From NCBI GenBank assembly GCA_035260845.1, contig DATFUL010000008.1:5709-69708 (forward strand): a DNA stretch of 64,000 nucleotides, read 5' to 3'. The notes below the pieces were generated by a model that was not told the DNA's origin, searched no databases, and saw nothing but the letters and a program-made list of their open reading frames with translations. This DNA is from Patescibacteria group bacterium. GTDB lineage: Bacteria; Patescibacteriota; Microgenomatia; UBA8517. The position numbers and the translations under genes were made by a program. The first letter of the stretch is position 1, and each line of letters opens with the position of its first letter. Shown here piece after piece: positions 46,528 through 55,966 of the stretch.

Positions 46528-47601
46528 GTGAAATTTAAATTAATTAATCCAATTGATCGCTTCTTAGGACTTTTCTCGCACGATATTGGAATAGATTTGG
46601 GAACTGCAAACACTTTAGTTTATGTACTGGGTAAAGGAGTTGTAATTCGTGAACCTTCAGCTGTTGCACGGCATAAAAAAACAAAAGAAATTTTAGCAAT
46701 TGGGGCTTCCGCTAAAAAGATGTATGGCAGAGCGCCTTCGACAATTGAGGCAATTAGGCCACTACGAGACGGGGTTATTGCAGACTTTGACGCAACGGCC
46801 GCAATGCTTAAGTATTACATTAAAAGAGTTCACGAGGGGGGTACCGTTATACCAAAGATTCCGCGCCCCAGGGTAATTGTTGGAATCCCATCAGGAGTCA
46901 CCGAAGTTGAAAGACGGGCCGTTGCTGATGCTGTAATGGACGCCGGGGCCCGAGAAGTTTATTTAATAGAAGAACCTATGGCTGCTGCAATCGGAGCAAA
47001 ATTGCCCGTAGAAAGCCCCGAGGGCAATTTTATAGTCGACATTGGTGGCGGAACTTCTGAAATTGCTGTAATTTCTTTGGGAGGAATTGTTTTGGGCCGC
47101 TCCGTGCGCGTTGCGGGGGATGAAATGGACGAGGCAATAATTAATTATGTAAGGCTTAAATACTCTCTTCTTTTAGGTCAACCAACCGCCGAGGCTGTAA
47201 AAATTGGGATTGCCTCAGTTGTAACAGAAAGCGGGGAAGCAAAACAAAAGTTTACTGTTGTACGCGGGCGTGACCTGGAAACTGGTTTACCCAAATCAAT
47301 AAAACTTACAAATAACGAAATTGGGGAAGCCCTCTCCCCAATAATTCAAGAAATTATAGTTAATATCGTGGATACTTTGGAAGAAACTCCACCCGAACTT
47401 ACAAGTGACATAATGGAGCGGGGAATTACACTTGCAGGAGGAGGCTCACTTTTGCCTGGAATCGATAAAGCAATTTCAGAAGCCACTCATATGCCGGTTT
47501 GGATCGCCGAGGACCCGTTAACCTGCGTAGTTAGGGGTTGCGGTGCGCTTCTGGAAAATCCAGAACTATTAAAAAGAGTTAGAGTAACAAAAGGTCTCTA
47601 A
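46528..47601 (+). CDS. mreB: MreB (paralogue 2), adjacent to PBP2
   Basis: IGIDLGTANTLVYVLGKGVVIREPSAVA, DIGGGTSE and LAGGGSLLPG. Confidence 0.85.
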   Translation: MKFKLINPIDRFLGLFSHDIGIDLGTANTLVYVLGKGVVIREPSAVARHKKTKEILAIGASAKKMYGRAPSTIEAIRPLRDGVIADFDATAAMLKYYIKRVHEGGTVIPKIPRPRVIVGIPSGVTEVERRAVADAVMDAGAREVYLIEEPMAAAIGAKLPVESPEGNFIVDIGGGTSEIAVISLGGIVLGRSVRVAGDEMDEAIINYVRLKYSLLLGQPTAEAVKIGIASVVTESGEAKQKFTVVRGRDLETGLPKSIKLTNNEIGEALSPIIQEIIVNIVDTLEETPPELTSDIMERGITLAGGGSLLPGIDKAISEATHMPVWIAEDPLTCVVRGCGALLENPELLKRVRVTKGL

Positions 47602-47604
47602 AAT

Positions 47605-47689
47605 CGGTATTTCAGTAGTTCGGTATTTCTGTTTGCAGTTTACCGATAACTGAATTACTGGAATACCGGAATACTGATAAAATGAGTAT
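47605..47689. repeat. Palindromic intergenic repeat, copy C
   Basis: CGGTATTTCAGTAGTTCGGTATTTC...GGAATACCGGAATACTG. About 85% identical to copy A over ~72 nt. Confidence 0.6.
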
Positions 47690-49312
47690 ATGAATTCTTT
47701 TTCTTCTAATAATGATTCCTGGCTTTCTTGGTTTTTAAGGGGAACTTTAATTCTTCTTTTTTTAATCCTTTTTGCCAAACTTTTTGAAGTTCAAATAATT
47801 AAGGGGAACTTTTATAGAAGTCTTTCCGAAGAAAATAGAATTCGCCATATTCCGCTTCCCGCAGCTCGTGGGAAAATAATGGCCCGCGGCGGGGAAGCAC
47901 TAGCTGATAACGTTGCAATTAAAAAAGCAGTTAAATTTACTCCGGGGGCCCCGGCTGTTCTTTCTGAAGATCTAACAAATGCGAATCCAGATGAAATTGT
48001 TACGGATTATAAAAGAGTTTACCCATTGGCTGAAAACTTTGCCCATGCATCTGGGTATTTGTCAGTAGTATCCGATAAAGAGGTTGGTACAGTGGACCCA
48101 GATTGTCCAGAGAAAGGAATAAGACCAAGTGGAATGTTGGTAGGAGTCACCGGACTTGAACAAGAATATGAATGTCAGCTCTTGGGAATTCCAGGGGAGG
48201 AACTGGTAGAAGTTAATACTGCAGGCAAAAAAATTAGAGTTTTGGGAGTCAAGAATCCTGTTCCTGGAACCAACTTAAAAACATCAATTGACTTCGGGCT
48301 TCAAAAGGAACTTGCTATTAATATGGATAAAAAAGGGGCAGCTATTGTGACTGATCCAAATGGTCAAATCTTAGCTTTTTACTCAAGCCCCAGTTTTGAT
48401 CCAAATCTTTTAATAAATAAAGATAATCCCGAAAAAGTTTCGGCACTTCTTAAAAATTCTGACCTTCCATTTTTTGACCGGGTAATAAGCGGAACTTTCC
48501 ATCCAGGGTCGGTTTTTAAGCCATTAGTTGCAATTGCAGCACTTGAAGAAGGCGCAATCGATAAAGATTTTACGTTTAACGATCCGGGAATAATTACTGT
48601 TAATAAATTTACCTACACCAATTGGTATTTTACGGAATATGGAAGACTGGAAGGTGTAGTTAACTTAGTTAAAGCACTGGCCCGCTCTACTGACACATTC
48701 TTTTATAAAGTTGGGGAAATGGTTGGACCAGTTAACATTGCCAAATGGGCCGATGTTTTTGATTTAGACAAACAAACTGGAGTGGATTTGCCTGGAGAAG
48801 CAAAAGGGTTAATCCCAACTCCTGAATGGAAACAAAAAACAATTCATGAGGGCTGGTTTTTAGGCAATACTTACAACATGTCTATTGGCCAGGGTGACGT
48901 TTCTGTAACCCCGATTGAACTCAATACTTATATTTCAGCAATTGCCAGTAATGGGAAGCTTTGCCAGCCACAATTTATTTTTTCTTCGTCTCCGGTTTGT
49001 AGGCAAATAAGAATTGCTCAAAATAATTTAGACTTAGTAAAAGAAGGCATGCGTGCAGCTTGTACAACAGGCGGAACCGCTTACACTTTTTTTGATTTTA
49101 GTGCCAAGCACGGTGGAACCACAGTAGCCTGCAAAACTGGAACCGCTGAAGTTGGAGTAACGGGAGAACCAAATGCCTGGTTTACATTTTTTAGCCCAAT
49201 CGAAAACCCTCAAATAGTTTCAACAATTGTTTTTGAAAAGGGTGGGCAAGGATCAGAAGTTGCGGGCCCGGTTGCTAGGAAAATTGCAGATTATTACTTC
49301 TCTTCACGATAA
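47690..49312 (+). CDS. mrdA: Penicillin-binding protein 2 (elongasome transpeptidase)
   Basis: N-terminal TM. SVFKP (SxxK), a SxN-like motif and KTGTAEV (KTG). Confidence 0.85.
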   Translation: MNSFSSNNDSWLSWFLRGTLILLFLILFAKLFEVQIIKGNFYRSLSEENRIRHIPLPAARGKIMARGGEALADNVAIKKAVKFTPGAPAVLSEDLTNANPDEIVTDYKRVYPLAENFAHASGYLSVVSDKEVGTVDPDCPEKGIRPSGMLVGVTGLEQEYECQLLGIPGEELVEVNTAGKKIRVLGVKNPVPGTNLKTSIDFGLQKELAINMDKKGAAIVTDPNGQILAFYSSPSFDPNLLINKDNPEKVSALLKNSDLPFFDRVISGTFHPGSVFKPLVAIAALEEGAIDKDFTFNDPGIITVNKFTYTNWYFTEYGRLEGVVNLVKALARSTDTFFYKVGEMVGPVNIAKWADVFDLDKQTGVDLPGEAKGLIPTPEWKQKTIHEGWFLGNTYNMSIGQGDVSVTPIELNTYISAIASNGKLCQPQFIFSSSPVCRQIRIAQNNLDLVKEGMRAACTTGGTAYTFFDFSAKHGGTTVACKTGTAEVGVTGEPNAWFTFFSPIENPQIVSTIVFEKGGQGSEVAGPVARKIADYYFSSR

Positions 49313-49351
49313 GTTATAGTTATTAGATCTCACTTTTTACTATTAGTTAGT

Positions 49352-50434
49352 ATGACTGATAAGGAATATCTAATTGCTCTAAGTACCTTCGTCTCGATTG
49401 GTCCAATGCGGACAAAGCTCCTTCTTTCTTATTTTAAGTCAGCTAGCAAAGTTTGGAAGGCAACCCAAAAAGATTTGTTGGAAGTAGGTCTTCCGGCAAA
49501 ATTAGTAGATAAATTTATTGACCACCGCAGTAAATTTGATATTCAAAAATATCTTGATAATTTAAAAAAAGAGTCAGTTTCGGCTTTAACAATTAATGAT
49601 TCTGATTATCCTGAAAACTTAAAAAGTATTGATGATAATCCATACGTTTTGTATGTTAAGGGCAAATTACTAAAATCGGATTCCCGGGCAGTCGCAATTG
49701 TTGGGACAAGATTAATGACTAGCTACGGGCGGGAAGTAACCCAGAAAATTGCAACAGAACTTGCCAATTTCGGCATAACTGTAATTTCTGGTTTAGCGCT
49801 TGGGGTTGATGCTGAGTCTCAAAGAGCAACCCTTAATGCGGGTGGGCGTACTATTGCTGTTCTTGCCTCGGGACTTGATATTATTTCACCATTAACCAAT
49901 AAAGCTCTCGCCCTGGAGTTTATTAAGAAGAACGGCGCTATTGTTTCAGAATATCCTTTAGGGCATACTCCTTTTCCATCGGATTTTCCGGTTCGGGACC
50001 GTTTAATTTCCGGACTTTCAAAGGCTGTAGTTGTAATTGAAGGCAGAATGAAAAGTGGAACTTTTTATACCGTTCACGCAGCTGCGAGTCAGAACCGGCC
50101 AGTATTTGCTGTTCCCGGGCCAATCACTTCACCCGCTTCGGAGGGACCAAATTATTTAATTCAAAATGGGGCAAGACCAATTACGTCAGCCCGGGATGTT
50201 CTGGATGAACTGCATATGCAGTTAAAAGTTGATACTCGCGCTATTGAAAAAATTATGCCAACAAGTGGAGTTGAGGCTAAAATTGTGGAAATATTGGAGG
50301 TTGAACCTTTACATCTTGACGAGCTTGTTAGAATATCAGGTATAACGACCTCTGAAGTTTCTGCTAGACTTACTATCATGGAAATGAAGGGACTAGTAAG
50401 AAATATGGGCGGGGGCATCTATAAAAGAATCTAG
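49352..50434 (+). CDS. dprA: DNA processing protein A (DprA/Smf)
   Basis: AIVGTRLMTSYGREVTQKIATELANFGITVISGLALGVDAESQRA (Rossmann-like DprA core) plus a C-terminal winged-helix domain. Confidence 0.85.
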   Translation: MTDKEYLIALSTFVSIGPMRTKLLLSYFKSASKVWKATQKDLLEVGLPAKLVDKFIDHRSKFDIQKYLDNLKKESVSALTINDSDYPENLKSIDDNPYVLYVKGKLLKSDSRAVAIVGTRLMTSYGREVTQKIATELANFGITVISGLALGVDAESQRATLNAGGRTIAVLASGLDIISPLTNKALALEFIKKNGAIVSEYPLGHTPFPSDFPVRDRLISGLSKAVVVIEGRMKSGTFYTVHAAASQNRPVFAVPGPITSPASEGPNYLIQNGARPITSARDVLDELHMQLKVDTRAIEKIMPTSGVEAKIVEILEVEPLHLDELVRISGITTSEVSARLTIMEMKGLVRNMGGGIYKRI

Positions 50435-50469
50435 AATCTAGTAGCTAGTATCTAGTTTCTAATACGAAT

Positions 50470-52419
50470 ATGAATTTGATTATTGTTGAGTCACCAACTA
50501 AAGCTAGAACTCTGGGGAAGTTCCTTGGAGAGGGTTTTGACGTGGAAGCAACAACGGGGCATATTAAAGATTTGCCCAAGAGTACTCTTGGAATCGACAT
50601 TGAACATGACTTTGCTCCAGATTATGTTGATGTAGTTAAGCGAAAAGATACAATTGCACTTCTCAAATCAAAAGCCAAAAAAGCAAAGGAAATTTATATA
50701 GCAACTGACCCTGACCGTGAGGGAGAAGCTATAGCATCACACGTTGAAGAGATTTTATCGGGACATAGCAAAACCTTAATGCATCGCATCTCGTTTCACG
50801 AAATCACAAAAGAAGCAGTCGATGAGGCTATTAAAAATCCACACGCCATAAATAAAGATTTAGTGGATGCCCAAATTGGGCGCCGTGTTTTAGATCGCCT
50901 TGTGGGTTACAAACTCTCTCCACTTCTTTGGAAAAAGGTAAGACGGGGGCTCTCTGCAGGGCGAGTGCAATCGGTTGCGGTACGTTTGATTGTAGAAAAG
51001 GAACGCGAGATTGAAAAATTTAAACCTGAAGAATATTGGGATCTTTTTTCGATTGTTAAAAGTAGTAAAGAGAAAAAAGAATTTACAGTTCAACTTGTAA
51101 AGGAGGAGGTTAAGGACAAAAAAACCGCTGATGAGATTTTAAAAGATCTTAAAAGCGCAAAATATAAAGTTAACGATGTAAGAAAGCGTCAGGTTACTAA
51201 AAATCCATATCCTCCTTTCACTACTTCTACAATGACTCAAGCGGCAAGCAGAATCATGGGTTGGTCATCCAAAAAAACAATGTCTGTAGCCCAAAAACTT
51301 TATGAAGAAGGGCTTATTACTTATCATAGAACAGACTCTCTTAATTTATCGCTTCCGGCAGTTATGAAAGCACGTGACTTTATTAAGAAAGATTATGGAG
51401 TTACCTATCTTCCGGAAGCTCCGAGGTTTTATAAGACTACAAATAAATCGGCACAAGAAGCCCATGAAGCAATTCGTCCAACCAGCTTAAATGCAAAATT
51501 GGAAAAAACGGATGATAAATTTTTTGATGACGAGCAAAAGCTATATGAGTTAATTTGGGGAAGATTTGTTGCTTGTCAAATGAATCCTTCCATCTACGAT
51601 GAGACATCGATTGATGTTGAGGCAGATAAACACATACTTCGTGCAAGCGGGCAAATAATGAAATTTGATGGATGGCGACGAATTGTACCCGCCAAGAAGA
51701 ACAGCGAAGAAGAAATTGTAGTTCTTCCGGATGTAGAAAAAGGTGAAGATTTGGATTTAGTTAAAACCTGGGGAGATCAAAAGTTTACCCTTCCTCCTGC
51801 GCGTTATAACGAGGCATCGTTAATTAAAACGTTAGAAAAGTTGGGAATTGGAAGGCCGTCTACATATGCTCCAACGATTTCTGTTATTCAAATAAGAAGT
51901 TATGTAGAAAAAAATGATAACAAACAATTTGTGCCGACTTCTGTTGGAATCGCGGTCAACGACTTTTTAATGATGAACTTTCCCGAAACCTTTGATTATC
52001 AGTTTACCGCAGATATGGAAAGTGACCTTGATCGGGTTGCCGAAGGCAAGTTGCCTTGGGTTAAAACAATTAAGGATTTTTGGAAGCCATTTGAAAAGAA
52101 ATTGGTTGATGTTGAAAAGAATTCAAAGCGGGTAAAAATTGAAGTAGAAAAGTTAGGAATAAAATGCCCAGACTGTAAAGAGGGGGAACTAGTAATTCGC
52201 ACGGGGCGGTTTGGAAAATTTATTTCCTGCTCCAGGTTTCCAGATTGCAAACACACTGAAAAATATTTAGAAAAAATTGGCGTTAAATGCCCTGAGTGTA
52301 AAGTCGGGGACGTGATTGTTAAGAAATCTAAAAAAGGAAAGTTCTTTGGTTGTTCCCGTTACCCAGAGTGTAAATATGCTAGTTGGCGAAGTCCTAAGAA
52401 GGAAGAAGCTTCTGTATAA
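50470..52419 (+). CDS. topA: DNA topoisomerase I
   Basis: Toprim (LIIVESPTKARTL), an active-site Tyr region and two C-terminal C4 zinc ribbons (CPDCKEG...CSRFPDCKH; CPECKVG...CSRYPECKY). Confidence 0.9.
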   Translation: MNLIIVESPTKARTLGKFLGEGFDVEATTGHIKDLPKSTLGIDIEHDFAPDYVDVVKRKDTIALLKSKAKKAKEIYIATDPDREGEAIASHVEEILSGHSKTLMHRISFHEITKEAVDEAIKNPHAINKDLVDAQIGRRVLDRLVGYKLSPLLWKKVRRGLSAGRVQSVAVRLIVEKEREIEKFKPEEYWDLFSIVKSSKEKKEFTVQLVKEEVKDKKTADEILKDLKSAKYKVNDVRKRQVTKNPYPPFTTSTMTQAASRIMGWSSKKTMSVAQKLYEEGLITYHRTDSLNLSLPAVMKARDFIKKDYGVTYLPEAPRFYKTTNKSAQEAHEAIRPTSLNAKLEKTDDKFFDDEQKLYELIWGRFVACQMNPSIYDETSIDVEADKHILRASGQIMKFDGWRRIVPAKKNSEEEIVVLPDVEKGEDLDLVKTWGDQKFTLPPARYNEASLIKTLEKLGIGRPSTYAPTISVIQIRSYVEKNDNKQFVPTSVGIAVNDFLMMNFPETFDYQFTADMESDLDRVAEGKLPWVKTIKDFWKPFEKKLVDVEKNSKRVKIEVEKLGIKCPDCKEGELVIRTGRFGKFISCSRFPDCKHTEKYLEKIGVKCPECKVGDVIVKKSKKGKFFGCSRYPECKYASWRSPKKEEASV

Positions 52420-52954
52420 TCTTGTCAACTTTCTCGTTTAGTTCTTTAATCGTTCCATTGTTCATAATCTTAAAGTCGGAAATCTCAATACATTTCTTTA
52501 GATTTTGTTTGTTTGGATCGGCTGAAGTCATCTCGCGTGTTTCATTTGCTAAAAACTCTGCATAGCTAATTTTATCTGTTGAACTAGCTCGTTTTACAAT
52601 TCTTTCATATCTCGTTTTAACATCAGCATCAATTGCAAATAAATAGAACTCAGCCTTCTTTCTTAATGACTCAATTTCTCCAGAAGTTCTAATACTTTCT
52701 ATAATGCAATTACTACTTGCATCAGTAGCTAGTTTGTAAAGTTCATCTACTATATAACTTGGTCCAAACTCAGCTCTTAATTCATTGGCTTTATTGGTCA
52801 TTGAGTCTCTATTTACAATATTCCCATCTTTTTTGATTTCTTTTATTAAATACTCTCGAACGGAGAAGTGTTTGAAGTTTTTATTCTTAACCAAGTAATC
52901 AACAGCAGTTCCTTTTCCGGCACCAAGTGTTCCTGTAATTCCAATTATTATCAC
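52394..52954 (-). CDS. P-loop nucleoside/nucleotide kinase-like protein (dephospho-CoA kinase / NMP kinase fold), function unassigned
   Basis: MIIIGITGTLGAGKGT (Walker A) and FAIDADVKTRYERIVKR. 186 aa. Confidence 0.45.
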   Translation of the reverse strand: MIIIGITGTLGAGKGTAVDYLVKNKNFKHFSVREYLIKEIKKDGNIVNRDSMTNKANELRAEFGPSYIVDELYKLATDASSNCIIESIRTSGEIESLRKKAEFYLFAIDADVKTRYERIVKRASSTDKISYAEFLANETREMTSADPNKQNLKKCIEISDFKIMNNGTIKELNEKVDKIIQKLLPS

Positions 52955-53024
52955 TTCCGTATTTTTATCAAATAAATTAGATATTGACTAGTGTCACATC
53001 TACTGATAAAAATCATTAGTCATT

Positions 53025-53633
53025 ATGAAAGATATTTTTGGAACTCTTCCGGATTGGGTAATTAAAGATTTTATTAAACGAAAAGTAATTAAAATCAAAA
53101 ATCTTTCCAAAAATTGGGAAAAGGATTTAGATCAGGTCTCCATTGATTTTCATTTAGGTCACAGAGTTTTAATGCCCTCGATGGGACGCCATATTGTTAT
53201 CGATATAAGAAAAGGAGTTACTGAGCAAATGTATGAAAAGATTAATCTTAAAGAAGGTGAGTCATTTGTAATTAGACCAGGACAATTCTTTATTGGAGAA
53301 ACTTTGGAAGATTTTACATTACCGGCAGATATTATTGGCAGACTTGAAGGTAAAAGTAGTTTGGCCCGTTTAGGTATTGTTATTCACCAAACTTCTGCAA
53401 GGTTTGACCCAGGCTGGAGTGGAACCGCAGCACTTGAACTCAGAAACAATAGTGATAATGATGTAATACTTTATTGTGGAGATAAAATTTGTGCCTTTGC
53501 GTTTGAGAGATTAATGTCGCCGGTTGCAAAACCTTGGCAGAAGAAAGGTTATAGAAATCACGGCAACAAAACTTTACACAGTAGGATCAACGAAGACAAT
53601 TTATCTAGAGTTAGTGGCAAGAAAGATAAATGA
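53025..53633 (+). CDS. dcd: dCTP deaminase
   Basis: LPADIIGRLEGKSSLARLGIVIHQTSARFDPGWSG closely matches the Dcd core. Confidence 0.8.
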   Translation: MKDIFGTLPDWVIKDFIKRKVIKIKNLSKNWEKDLDQVSIDFHLGHRVLMPSMGRHIVIDIRKGVTEQMYEKINLKEGESFVIRPGQFFIGETLEDFTLPADIIGRLEGKSSLARLGIVIHQTSARFDPGWSGTAALELRNNSDNDVILYCGDKICAFAFERLMSPVAKPWQKKGYRNHGNKTLHSRINEDNLSRVSGKKDK

Positions 53634-54064
53634 TCAAAAAGACTGTCAAATTCACTCTTCTCAGTAAAAACGCAAAGCTACCATCTTATGCACACAATGA
53701 TGACGCTGGATTTGATATCTATACAAACGAAACAACCATTCTTAAAAAGGGAGAATATAAAGGAATTTCTACGGGTGTTTCCTCAGAAATTCCAAAGGGC
53801 TATTTTGTTTCATTTCGCGATAAAAGCGGTCTAGCTTTTAATTTTGGTTTACACACCTTAGGTGGGGTAATAGATGCTGGGTATCGCGGTGAATGGAAAG
53901 TCATTATGGTAAATCTTGGTAAAAAGAATTATAAATTTGAAAACGGAGACAAAGTAGCTCAAGGAATTTTACAAATAGTTCCACACGCAAACATAGTGAA
54001 CTCTAAAAGCCTATCAACAAGTAAAAGAGGAAAAGGTGGTTTTGGAAGTACAGGTAAAAAATAA
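53630..54064 (+). CDS. dut: dUTP diphosphatase
   Basis: AGFDIY, GVIDAGYRGE and the C-terminal GGFGSTG are dUTPase motifs. Confidence 0.85.
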   Translation: MIKKTVKFTLLSKNAKLPSYAHNDDAGFDIYTNETTILKKGEYKGISTGVSSEIPKGYFVSFRDKSGLAFNFGLHTLGGVIDAGYRGEWKVIMVNLGKKNYKFENGDKVAQGILQIVPHANIVNSKSLSTSKRGKGGFGSTGKK

Positions 54065-54072
54065 GTTAACAC

Positions 54073-55050
54073 ATGACAAAAAAACATCCAGAATATCAAT
54101 ACTTAGATCTTCTAAAAGAACTTGTTGAACATGGAGTTGTTCAAACAGACAAGGGAACCGGAGTTAAAACATACAGTAAGTTTGGCGCACAAATAAGGTT
54201 CGATCTTTCGGAAGGGTTCCCATTATTAACAACTAAAAAAGTTTGGTGGAAAGGTGTTGTTGCAGAACTTTATTGGTTCCTGTCAGGTCAATCAAATATA
54301 AAATATTTAGTAGATAACGATGTCCATATCTGGGATGACTATCCATACAAAATATATAAAGAAAAAATGGCTAAAGGTAAAGTTCCAGAACTAACTAAGG
54401 ATGAATTTATTGCAAAAATAAAAAGCGACAAAAAATATGCGGCAAAATATGGCGAGTTACCACATATTTATGGTGAGCTTTGGAGAAAGTGGCCGGCAAA
54501 AGGTAGAACAATTGATCAAGTTAAATGGATTTTAAAAGAAATCAAAGACGATCCAGATGCGCATAATTTGATAGTTACCTCGTGGAATCCGGAATATTTA
54601 TATAGAATGGCCAAGCCCGAAGAGGCTTCAAGGTTTCCGATTTGCCACAATATGTATCAGGTTAACGTTAAAAATGGCAGGCTTTGTTTGCAGCTTTATC
54701 AACGTAGTGCAGATATTTTTCTTGGAGTCCCTTTTAATATTGCCAGCTACGCTTTGTTAACAATAGTTTTAGCCAAAGTATTGGGCTTAAAACCTGGTGA
54801 ATTTATTCATACATTTGGGGACGTACACATTTACGAAAATCATTTCGCAGCTGCTAAAGAACAATTGGCAAGAAAACCCAAAAAATTCCCAATGGTCAAA
54901 ATTGATCCAAAAGTAAAAACTGTAGATGGATTTAGACCAAAACATGTAATTTTAGAGAGTTATGATCCACACCCTCCGATTAAAGCAGAACTTACAGTCT
55001 CTGGGGGTTATAATTCTAAATTAGGAAAATCAAAAAAGTCCAAAAAGTAA
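54073..55050 (+). CDS. thyA: Thymidylate synthase (ThyA type, with insertion)
   Basis: ICHNMYQVNVKNGRLCLQLYQRSADIFLGVPFNIASYALL shows the active-site Cys and the conserved core. Confidence 0.9.
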   Translation: MTKKHPEYQYLDLLKELVEHGVVQTDKGTGVKTYSKFGAQIRFDLSEGFPLLTTKKVWWKGVVAELYWFLSGQSNIKYLVDNDVHIWDDYPYKIYKEKMAKGKVPELTKDEFIAKIKSDKKYAAKYGELPHIYGELWRKWPAKGRTIDQVKWILKEIKDDPDAHNLIVTSWNPEYLYRMAKPEEASRFPICHNMYQVNVKNGRLCLQLYQRSADIFLGVPFNIASYALLTIVLAKVLGLKPGEFIHTFGDVHIYENHFAAAKEQLARKPKKFPMVKIDPKVKTVDGFRPKHVILESYDPHPPIKAELTVSGGYNSKLGKSKKSKK

Positions 55051-55562
55051 TGTCTCCAACAATTAGTATTATTGCAGCTCTTGATAAAAAGAATGGAATA
55101 GGAAAAGGCAACAAGATGGCCTGGCGGATTCGTGAAGACCTGATCCGATTAGCCAAAAGAACAAAGGATGGGGTTGTGATTTTAGGTAGAAATACTTATG
55201 AATCAATGGCAGGCTATTATGATATTAGTGGTAAACCCATGCCTGCTAGAGAATACATCGTCGTTACAAGACAAAAAGACTTTAAAAGTAAAAGAGATAA
55301 TACTTATATGGTAAATTCGATTGAGGGGGCATTAAAAAGAGCTAAAGAAAGTGGGGAGAGGGAAGTTTTTATAATTGGAGGGGCGGAAATATTTAGGCAA
55401 ACAATTAGTCTTTCCGACAGATTATATTTAACTTTAGTGGATGGGGATTTTGATTGCGATACATTTTTCCCTGATTATTCTGATTTCAAGAAAGTAATTT
55501 CAGAAGAAGTCGGCTCCGACGAAAGTCTCACTTTTACTTATAAAGTGTTAGAGAAAGACTAA
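55050..55562 (+). CDS. folA: Dihydrofolate reductase
   Basis: ISIIAALDKKNGIGKGNKMAWRIREDL and the VILGRNTYES and FIIGGAEIF blocks. Confidence 0.8.
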   Translation: MSPTISIIAALDKKNGIGKGNKMAWRIREDLIRLAKRTKDGVVILGRNTYESMAGYYDISGKPMPAREYIVVTRQKDFKSKRDNTYMVNSIEGALKRAKESGEREVFIIGGAEIFRQTISLSDRLYLTLVDGDFDCDTFFPDYSDFKKVISEEVGSDESLTFTYKVLEKD

Positions 55563-55900
55563 TGGGTTTTAGGAGAGGCTAGTTCAAGCAATTTGTCTAC
55601 CGTTCTTTCCTCAAGCGGCAAAAAACCCAACACTTCGTTTGTAAGAACGTCCAATTTTATATGATCATTTCCTTTTCTTTCTTTAATTTCAGATCCTTGT
55701 ACTTCGTAGGCATAAGTATCGTCGATAACTAATAATGATACTTCTCGGGGACTGCGTTTCTTTCCATGGCCAGCAGAGTAGCTGGTAAAAGAAATTAATC
55801 GAACACGGCTTCTTACGGGATCGTTTTCATCTGCTTCATCTCTAATCTGTCTAAGTATCTCTTTTTGATATTGTTTATATCCATCAAATTCTGTAGTCAT
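55559..55900 (-). CDS. Hypothetical protein (113 aa)
   Basis: ORF only. Confidence 0.3.
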   Translation of the reverse strand: MTTEFDGYKQYQKEILRQIRDEADENDPVRSRVRLISFTSYSAGHGKKRSPREVSLLVIDDTYAYEVQGSEIKERKGNDHIKLDVLTNEVLGFLPLEERTVDKLLELASPKTH

Positions 55901-55966
55901 TTTCGGATTTTATCATATTAAAAACTACCATTGGAAAAAGTTATAATAGTTTATATACTCATCCAA

